Source: an uncultured Clostridia bacterium
Lineage (GTDB): Bacteria; Bacillota; Clostridia; Lachnospirales; Lachnospiraceae
Assembly: GCA_947174885.1 (NCBI GenBank)
Contig: CAMWKO010000012.1
Coordinates: 7,640-71,639, forward strand
Direction of reading: 5' to 3'
DNA length: 64,000 bases
Below the pieces are notes generated by a model. It saw only the letters and a list, made by a program, of their open reading frames with translations. It was not told the origin of the DNA and ran no database searches. A program made the translations under genes and the position numbers. Positions 57,527-64,000 of the stretch are shown here, in pieces (the stretch's first letter is position 1; each line of letters starts with the position of its first letter).

Positions 57527-57886
57527 CTAGTTTAATGTTGCTAATACATCGCCGGTTTCAACTGAAGCGCCTTCATTTACGTTAATGCTTGCAATAGTAC
57601 CATCAGCAGGTGCTTGAACTTCATTTTCCATCTTCATGGCTTCAAGAATCAAGATTACATCACCCTTCTTAACTGCTGCCCCAACCGAAGCTTTAACCGA
57701 AATAATCTTACCAGGCATTGGCGCATTAATCTTTGTTGCGCCTTCACTGCCTGTGGCTGCCTTTACTGCCGGTGCAGGAGCTGCTTTAGGAGCTGTCTTT
57801 GCTACCGGTGCAGAAGCTGTAGCTCCTGTTTCTTCAACTGTTACATCATATACATTTCCATTAACTGTAATTCTATAATTTTTCAT
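57527..57886 (-). CDS. Biotin carboxyl carrier subunit
   Basis: Ala/Pro linker and EAMKMENE biotinylation motif. Start set at the second Met (ggagg 5 nt upstream). Confidence 0.9.
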   Translation of the reverse strand: MKNYRITVNGNVYDVTVEETGATASAPVAKTAPKAAPAPAVKAATGSEGATKINAPMPGKIISVKASVGAAVKKGDVILILEAMKMENEVQAPADGTIASINVNEGASVETGDVLATLN

Positions 57887-57897
57887 ATATGCCTCCA

Positions 57898-58647
57898 TTA
57901 TCTGCTTCTTTTTGCTTTTCTTATTGATCTGACAACAAATCCGTCTGATGAACCTCCTGTGCTTGCTGCAATAGCTGCCGTAACAACTGCTACAAGCTCA
58001 TAATCATCCACTAATTCCTCGTTTTCAGTAATCTGTGCTATCGCATTATCAACTGCAACCTCTGTTGAGTTCTTTTTCTTCCTGTTTGAAAATTTTCCCT
58101 GTAAAACCGGAATAAACTTAAAACTCCAGATAAAGAACATAATAATAGCTAAAATCGCTACTACAGTAAACATACCTATCAGGGTATTAAGTCCGGCATC
58201 TGCCATTCTTGAGCCTAATGACTTATTTTCTGTTTCCACACTGGAAAACGATATTTTAACTGGTGTGGGATTTCCTGCAATTCTCTGATATGTTATACTA
58301 GATTTGACTTTTCCGTTTTCAAATACCATAATAATATCACAAACAACAATATCTGTCTCACTTCTATCTACAGTCGACTCGGAAAATTCAACAAAATTTC
58401 CCATCTTGTTATTCTCTGTAAATGGAAGATATGATTCAAAGGCATCCTTTGTCATACCTACTTGATTTTCAATGTAATACAAACAGTCATTATAAGAACT
58501 ATTTATAAAATTAGATTCTAATATCTGCTTTGAATAACTAATAATACTGTTGTCACTGTATGCTGCCATATCATCAGCAAATACTATTGTTGAAACTGAT
58601 AAAACGGTAATGAGCAGGATTGCAAAAAATTTTTTAATTTTTTTCAT
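57898..58647 (-). CDS. Decarboxylase gamma/delta-like membrane subunit with an unusually long extracytoplasmic N-terminal domain
   Basis: Signal/TM FFAILLITVLSVSTIVFA, ~150-aa domain, second TM, then an OadG/MmdD-like tail ...VAVVTAAIAASTGG...VRSIRKAKRSR. Start set at MKKIKK with gagaggtg SD. Confidence 0.65.
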   Translation of the reverse strand: MKKIKKFFAILLITVLSVSTIVFADDMAAYSDNSIISYSKQILESNFINSSYNDCLYYIENQVGMTKDAFESYLPFTENNKMGNFVEFSESTVDRSETDIVVCDIIMVFENGKVKSSITYQRIAGNPTPVKISFSSVETENKSLGSRMADAGLNTLIGMFTVVAILAIIMFFIWSFKFIPVLQGKFSNRKKKNSTEVAVDNAIAQITENEELVDDYELVAVVTAAIAASTGGSSDGFVVRSIRKAKRSR

Positions 58648-58660
58648 ATATGTCACCTCT

Positions 58661-60112
58661 CTAAACCGTTCCATGCTTCTTTATAGGACGTTCCTCTCTT
58701 TTTGTATAAAGCATTTCCAATGCACCGATTAAATACTTTCTTGTATCCTGCGGTTCGATAATGCTGTCTACATATCCTCTCTTTGCAGCTGATGATGCAC
58801 TTGTCTGCAATGCCTTATATTCTGCTGCTTTTTCCTCTATAAATGTATTCTTGTCTTCCGTATCTTTAATTTCATTTGCATATATAATTCTGACTGCCTG
58901 ATTTGGACACATTGTACCTATCTTAGCTTCAGGCCATGCGTACACAATATCAGCACCGATAGATTTTGAATTCATTGCTACAAAAGCACTTCCAAAAGCA
59001 TGTCCCAGTACTACATTTACCTTAGGAATTGTAGCATTTGCAAATGCATATGTGAGCTTGGCAACTGCCTTTGAAATAGTTTTTTCTTCTTCTATGGTTG
59101 TAGCAAATCCCTTTGTATTTGTAAAAGAAACTACCGGAATATTGAAAGCATCACAGAACTCAACAAATTCGGCGGCCTTTAATGCACCTGCCGTTGTAAG
59201 TCTGGCTTCAAATTCATCGGTAACTTTCATATCATCATCATAAACTTTAGTTCTGTTTGCAACAGCACCAACAGTAGCTCCATTAAGCTTAATGAATGCT
59301 GTTACCATTTCTTTTGCATATGAAGCTTTTACTTCACACACAAAATTATTATCTGAAATATTAGCTAACGCAATAGATGTATCCTCTACACAGTTTGCCA
59401 AGTCAGCGCAGACTCTGTTTAAGTCATCTTCACAATCATTAATCTCCGCTTCCTCTTCATTATTTGAAGGTAAAATTGAAACAAGCTCTCTAATATTTGC
59501 TAATACCTCACTTTCAGTACCCACAAAATCCGCAAGACCTGTTTCCTCACTTTGGTATTTAGCTGATGCTGTATCACATTTGCTTTCATTGTTGCCATCT
59601 AAGGCATTTGGTGAAGTTACAAATAACTTTCCGTCATTTGACATAAATGTAAAATCAGAAAGAGTAGGCACAATTCCAAGACCACCACCACAATTTCCAA
59701 AAATAGCTGTAATTTGAGGAATAACACCTGATGCCATAGCCTGCTTTGCATATATTTCTCCAAATGCGTTAAGAGCATCTGTAGATTCCTGTAATCTAAG
59801 ACCGGCACAATCAATCAATCCAATGACTGGTGCTCCCATCTTCATAGCCAGATTGTAAATATTTGTGATTTTCTTAGCGTGCATTTCACCAATGCTACCA
59901 CCTAAAACACTAGCATCCTGACTAAACACATAAACTAAATTTCCATCAATAACTCCGTAGCCTGTAACCACCCCATCACCAGGTGTTTCAACATCCTGTA
60001 GATTAAAGTCTGTGCTTCTGGCACTTACTAAGCCGCCAATTTCAACAAAGCTATTTTCATCAACTAAGCTTGAAATTCTATTGATGGCTGATTTTTCTGC
60101 CGAATTACTCAC
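58661..60112 (-). CDS. Acyl-CoA carboxyltransferase (12S / MmdA / GcdA-type alpha subunit), divergent
   Basis: 483 aa. GVVTGYG.IDG..V.VFSQD..V.GGS.GE.HA.KI and second-half carboxyltransferase pattern ...FCDAFNIPVVSF... Confidence 0.8.
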   Translation of the reverse strand: MSNSAEKSAINRISSLVDENSFVEIGGLVSARSTDFNLQDVETPGDGVVTGYGVIDGNLVYVFSQDASVLGGSIGEMHAKKITNIYNLAMKMGAPVIGLIDCAGLRLQESTDALNAFGEIYAKQAMASGVIPQITAIFGNCGGGLGIVPTLSDFTFMSNDGKLFVTSPNALDGNNESKCDTASAKYQSEETGLADFVGTESEVLANIRELVSILPSNNEEEAEINDCEDDLNRVCADLANCVEDTSIALANISDNNFVCEVKASYAKEMVTAFIKLNGATVGAVANRTKVYDDDMKVTDEFEARLTTAGALKAAEFVEFCDAFNIPVVSFTNTKGFATTIEEEKTISKAVAKLTYAFANATIPKVNVVLGHAFGSAFVAMNSKSIGADIVYAWPEAKIGTMCPNQAVRIIYANEIKDTEDKNTFIEEKAAEYKALQTSASSAAKRGYVDSIIEPQDTRKYLIGALEMLYTKREERPIKKHGTV

Positions 60113-60218
60113 CGTTTCTAGTCCTCCATTTTTCTATGTAATATGCAAATATGATATAAATCAAAGTTTTGCCGATTATATTTTATATCTTGTTACCTAA
60201 AATATCAAGCAATTTTTA

Positions 60219-60250
60219 GAGTTTCCGTATTTTTTATTTTAGTTTTCATA
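60219..60250. repeat. Solo left arm (M6) of the repeat family
   Basis: gagtttccgtattttttattttagttttcata. Confidence 0.65.
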
Positions 60251-60314
60251 AATATCTTATCCCCCTATTTGGCACATACATATCGGACAAAAATGTATAT
60301 AAATAAATCTTTAC

Positions 60315-61607
60315 TTAATTCAATAAAAACATATTTATAATTCTGCTAAAGCACCATTCTATTTCATATTCTCCGACATCATCATTCGCAACTATTATTT
60401 CATTTCCTATTTCCATATCATTAACTTTATATGTAATATTGCCGATTATATCCGATTTTTTAACAGGTGCTTCCAATTCTTCACTGATATTTATCTCTAC
60501 CGTTACCTTATCCTCGTCGCATAATAGTAATTCAAATTCCTGTTCTATTACTTTAGGTATAATTTCAATATCTCCCCGTTCATCTCCTCTTGTTCCATTG
60601 TGAACTATTACGTCAGGTACTTCTATACTGCTATCATTTATTACCATATTTTCATAATTTTGAAGTCCATACTCCATAAGATATGTTGTATCCTTCCACT
60701 TATATCCTTTATTATTAGGCCAGCCACAGCCAAGCAACGCTACTATAAAGGTTTTTCCCTCTCTTCTTAAAGCTCCTACATAACAATATCCTGCATTTCC
60801 TGTAAACCCGGTTTTTCCTGATAATGCACCCTCCATCATAGTCAGAAATGCATTTTTATTAGATACCGTAAAGCTTCTTCCTCCATTAGAAATTTCTCCG
60901 TTTTCTGAAACCTTTTTATTTGTAAAGCTATAATTATTTGTTCTGGTTATTTCCAAAAACTGCTCATTTTTAATACAATAAGACATTATTTTACATAATT
61001 CTTCAGCTGTGGTGGAATGAGTTTTGGTAACACCATTTACTTCCTTTGTTGCATCAAGTCCGTTTGGTGTAATAAAATATGTATTATTACATTGTAAATC
61101 TCTTGCCTTTTGATTCATAAGATTTGCAAATTCCTCAACAGATCCTGAAATATGTTCAGCTATTACCACCGCTGCATCATTATGAGATTCCAGCATTAAA
61201 GAATAGAGTAAATCACCTAGTCTGTATTTTTCTCCGGTAATCACGCCTAACTTTACATTTGGCATGCTTGCAGCATATTTTGATACATCTACAATATCAT
61301 CCAAATTACCGTTTTCAAGAGCTATAATACAGGTCATAATCTTTGTGGTACTTGCCATTGCCCGTATTTCATCACCCTCCTTTGAAAACAGAACTCTTTC
61401 ATTATCTGCATCATACAGACATGCACTGAGTGAATATAATTTGCTTTCATCTACTGCACCATAGACATTTTTCCAAAGCCAGTCCTCTAATACTTCTTTC
61501 TGCTCTAACAATTCTATGGAATATACATTAATAAATTCAAAAAAAACAATAAAAGCCAATAATTTACATATTGTAATTATTGACTTCCTTTTCTTATTCA
61601 TATTCAT
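60315..61607 (-). CDS. D-alanyl-D-alanine carboxypeptidase (low-MW PBP)
   Basis: SxxK (ASTTK), SxN (SHND) and KTG (KTGFT) motifs. N-terminal signal anchor. Confidence 0.85.
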   Translation of the reverse strand: MNMNKKRKSIITICKLLAFIVFFEFINVYSIELLEQKEVLEDWLWKNVYGAVDESKLYSLSACLYDADNERVLFSKEGDEIRAMASTTKIMTCIIALENGNLDDIVDVSKYAASMPNVKLGVITGEKYRLGDLLYSLMLESHNDAAVVIAEHISGSVEEFANLMNQKARDLQCNNTYFITPNGLDATKEVNGVTKTHSTTAEELCKIMSYCIKNEQFLEITRTNNYSFTNKKVSENGEISNGGRSFTVSNKNAFLTMMEGALSGKTGFTGNAGYCYVGALRREGKTFIVALLGCGWPNNKGYKWKDTTYLMEYGLQNYENMVINDSSIEVPDVIVHNGTRGDERGDIEIIPKVIEQEFELLLCDEDKVTVEINISEELEAPVKKSDIIGNITYKVNDMEIGNEIIVANDDVGEYEIEWCFSRIINMFLLN

Positions 61608-61649
61608 ACCACACCATTTTTTTAGTAATATATGAAATAAAATTTATTT

Positions 61650-62234
61650 TTAGACCTGAAACTTTAACTGTACTTCCTCCTCAGCTTCGTTCTTAAAATC
61701 CTCATATTTGTCGCTGGTAATAGAAGGTAAATCTTCTATAGACTGAACACCGAATTTTCTCAAAAAATCTTCTGTAGTTCCAAACAGAAGGGGTCTTCCC
61801 GGTGCATCAAGTCTGCCCACTTCAGTAACAAGATTGTATTCTATCAGTTTATTTACTGCATGATCACATTTGACACCTCTTATTCCCTCAATTTCTGTAC
61901 GTGTAACCGGCTGCTTATATGCAATAATAGACAGAGTTTCTAACATTACATCTGTAAGTATTTGCTTTTTAGGCTGACTGGCTACTTTTATCAGATAATC
62001 ATACATCTCTGTTTTTGTACACATTTGAAACGAATCTTCAAGTTCTATGATTTTGATTCCCCTGTCCTCTGAATTATACTTATCCATAAGATTATATATA
62101 ATTTTCCTTGTAGTCTGTTCATCATGCTCTATGGCTTTTGAAATTTTTGAAAGTTCCACTGACTCTCCCATTGTAAAAAGAACAGCTTCTATAGCTGCTT
62201 CAAGCTTATTTATTTCCATATCTGAATTCTCCAT
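61650..62234 (-). CDS. scpB: Segregation and condensation protein B
   Basis: LEAAIEAVLF.....V, LETLSIIAYKQPVTR.EIE.IRGV motifs. Confidence 0.9.
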   Translation of the reverse strand: MENSDMEINKLEAAIEAVLFTMGESVELSKISKAIEHDEQTTRKIIYNLMDKYNSEDRGIKIIELEDSFQMCTKTEMYDYLIKVASQPKKQILTDVMLETLSIIAYKQPVTRTEIEGIRGVKCDHAVNKLIEYNLVTEVGRLDAPGRPLLFGTTEDFLRKFGVQSIEDLPSITSDKYEDFKNEAEEEVQLKFQV

Positions 62235-62284
62235 TCCTGCCTCCTAATGCTTTAATCAGAAGCGCCTGTACTTATAGTTGAAAC
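62235..62284 (-). repeat. R-element copy R3 (3' half), supplies the scpB Shine-Dalgarno sequence and overlaps the scpA stop
   Basis: Minus strand gtttcaactataagtacaggcgcttctgattaaagcattaggaggcaggaATG. Confidence 0.65.
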
Positions 62285-63037
62285 TTTTGTACTAGTAACA
62301 ATAATATCTTCAAAGGTTCCGTCCTGTGAAATTGTAATTTCACCAATTTTCATCAACTCAAGTATAGCCAGAAAAGATACTATAATGTGCATTTTCGTAC
62401 GCTGTGACTCCAACAGCGTTTTAAAGCTAAAGCTTTTGTATGTATGGGCATAATCCTTTATAAACTCCATTTTATCAGGAAGACTTACTTCTTCCTTTTC
62501 AATTCTTCCAAATTTACTTCTGATTGGGTCAACCTTATCCTCCTGTTTTTTCATTACCATATTGAAGATATCATTTAACTTCTTGAGTGTAACATCATCT
62601 AACAGCTTGTCCAAATCTATTGGCGGATCATATTTTGAGACCTCCTCCGGAATAGTAGGCTTTTTAAACATTGCCTTTTCTGCATCTATTTCCCTGTCTC
62701 TAAGTTCCAACGACATATACTTATACATCTTATATTCAAGTAGCTTTTGTACAAGCTCATCTCTTGGATCTTCTTCTTCGCCTTCTTCATTAACTTCCTT
62801 TGGAAGCAGCATTCTGGACTTAATATCTATAAGAGTTGCAGCCATAACCAAAAACTCACTTATGACATTTAAGTCCTGCCTGTCCATGGCATTTACATAT
62901 TCCAAATACTGGTCTGTAATATCGACAATAGGAATATCATATATATTAACTTTATTTTTATCTATGAGGTGAAGCAGGAGATCTAACGGTCCCTCAAACA
63001 CCTTCAGTTTGACTGAAATACCCATATCTGTTTCCAT
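62252..63037 (-). CDS. scpA: Segregation and condensation protein A
   Basis: FEGPLDLLLHLI motif. Upstream of scpB. Confidence 0.9.
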   Translation of the reverse strand: METDMGISVKLKVFEGPLDLLLHLIDKNKVNIYDIPIVDITDQYLEYVNAMDRQDLNVISEFLVMAATLIDIKSRMLLPKEVNEEGEEEDPRDELVQKLLEYKMYKYMSLELRDREIDAEKAMFKKPTIPEEVSKYDPPIDLDKLLDDVTLKKLNDIFNMVMKKQEDKVDPIRSKFGRIEKEEVSLPDKMEFIKDYAHTYKSFSFKTLLESQRTKMHIIVSFLAILELMKIGEITISQDGTFEDIIVTSTKVSTISTGASD

Positions 63038-63227
63038 TCCGGTTTTATTCCTCTTATCAACAGTCAGTCATATATATGTAAATATATATCATGACACTGC
63101 CATGAGGATTAAATACTTAGCCATCTGTGATATTGCAAGTTTCATTGTCTAATGAATACAATGCGGCATTTAACTTGCTTAGATATTTTACATAATAAAT
63201 TTATGAAATGCAATATTTTTCTAATTA

Positions 63228-63281
63228 GAGTTTCCGTATTTTTTATTTTTAGCTTCAAAAAGTCTTGTTGCAAAAGTCAAG
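63228..63281. repeat. Truncated copy (M7): left arm plus degenerate first module
   Basis: gagtttccgtattttttatttttagcttcaaaaagtcttgttgcaaaagtcaag. Confidence 0.7.
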
Positions 63282-63299
63282 TTTTCTAAACCATGACTA

Positions 63300-64000
63300 T
63301 TAAATAATTTTATTATAGCAGGGTTTAAAGTTTAACATTACTATCTCGGGCTTATTAAATAATCTGAAATTAACAGTATGAGTTCCAAGTCCTCTTGTAA
63401 TTACCATAATGGTATCCTTTTCATAGTATACTCCTGATGTATACTTAGGAAACAGCTTAAAGCTGGTAGATATAACTCCTCCAAAATGAGGAAGCCTTAC
63501 TGTTCCTCCATGATTATGACCTGATAATACTAAATTAGCTCCATATTCCTGATACTGTTTTAAAAAATCCGGTTTATGACTAAGAAGGATGGTATATCCC
63601 TCCCTTCTTTTTCCCAGCTTTTCTTCAATTATCTCCTTTGTAAGCTGTTTGGGATTGGATTTTTTGTAATATTCCTCCTCAAGCTCCAGTCCATACAGAT
63701 TTACGGAAATATTATTTATCTTTAATTTCATTACATTATTATTTATAGTATATAATTTTTTTATATCAGATATTTCTTTAAAAAATCCATCCTTATCTTC
63801 TATACCTTGTGCAAACATTCTGGATTCATGGTTTCCGTATGTAAAATATACAGGATATTTTTCACATAGCCCTTTTAAAAATTCTATTGCCGGTTTATTA
63901 TCAGCATTCTTTTTTCCTATAATTAAATCACCTGAAATGAAAACTGCTTCAGCACCGTTTTCCTGCAGGTTTCTCAATATTTTTTCTTTGAATTTTTTAT
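63300..64000 (-). CDS. Calcineurin-like metallophosphoesterase, N-terminus outside window
   Basis: GDLI, GNHE and SGHNHGG motifs. The frame remains open from 63977 to the window end (the ORF-track Met is a TTG inside the frame). Confidence 0.8.
   Translation of the reverse strand, partial: KKFKEKILRNLQENGAEAVFISGDLIIGKKNADNKPAIEFLKGLCEKYPVYFTYGNHESRMFAQGIEDKDGFFKEISDIKKLYTINNNVMKLKINNISVNLYGLELEEEYYKKSNPKQLTKEIIEEKLGKRREGYTILLSHKPDFLKQYQEYGANLVLSGHNHGGTVRLPHFGGVISTSFKLFPKYTSGVYYEKDTIMVITRGLGTHTVNFRLFNKPEIVMLNFKPCYNKII

Noticed and set aside
1-64000. Looked for prophage, IS/transposase, integrase, restriction-modification, toxin-antitoxin pairs, cas genes, tRNA/rRNA genes and known defence-system ATPases
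   Set aside because: None of the ORFs shows the hallmark motifs. The only accessory-looking regions are the T7SS locus, the trmD-rplS cassette and the repeat-bearing spacers reported above.

Overview
AT-rich, gene-dense chromosomal segment of a low-GC Firmicute with Clostridia-like gene order. Nearly all genes are on the minus strand. All calls rest on reading the ORF track and the sequence by eye; no searches were run. The left ~11.7 kb holds a compact type VIIb-like secretion locus. It runs from a zinc-ribbon TM protein through EssC, a YukD/EsaB-like protein and three WXG100 genes, then a 779-aa lipoprotein, two small helical proteins and two repeat-rich membrane-anchored proteins, the last running off the window. 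No EssA/EssB/EsaA-like gene is visible. The rest is a housekeeping block: pgeF, yraN, FlhB-C-like/FliK-like pair, rnhB, two lepB, rbgA, rplS, trmD, rimM, KH, rpsP, ffh, ylxM, ilvA, ftsY, smc, rnc, plsX, rpmF, yceD, ackA, pta, tmcAL, UPF0210/ACT pair, pepD, ylbJ, nudC, coaD, rsmD, cheR, rpsA, ispH, cmk, a flavoprotein, an NlpC/P60 lipoprotein, rpiR, a Na+-decarboxylase cluster, a DD-carboxypeptidase, scpB and scpA. I recognised no rRNA, tRNA, CRISPR, transposase or integrase. Five things stand out. (1) The reduced T7SS locus and its unknown cargo genes. (2) A modular nested-palindrome MITE-like repeat family present as full, deleted, minimal and solo forms. (3) A second ~80-nt repeat that supplies the Shine-Dalgarno region directly upstream of three unrelated genes. 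(4) A GC-rich multi-hairpin leader and a 29-aa hydrophobic peptide gene upstream of rpiR. (5) A 2.5-kb accessory cassette with a frame-disrupted gene that splits trmD from rplS.
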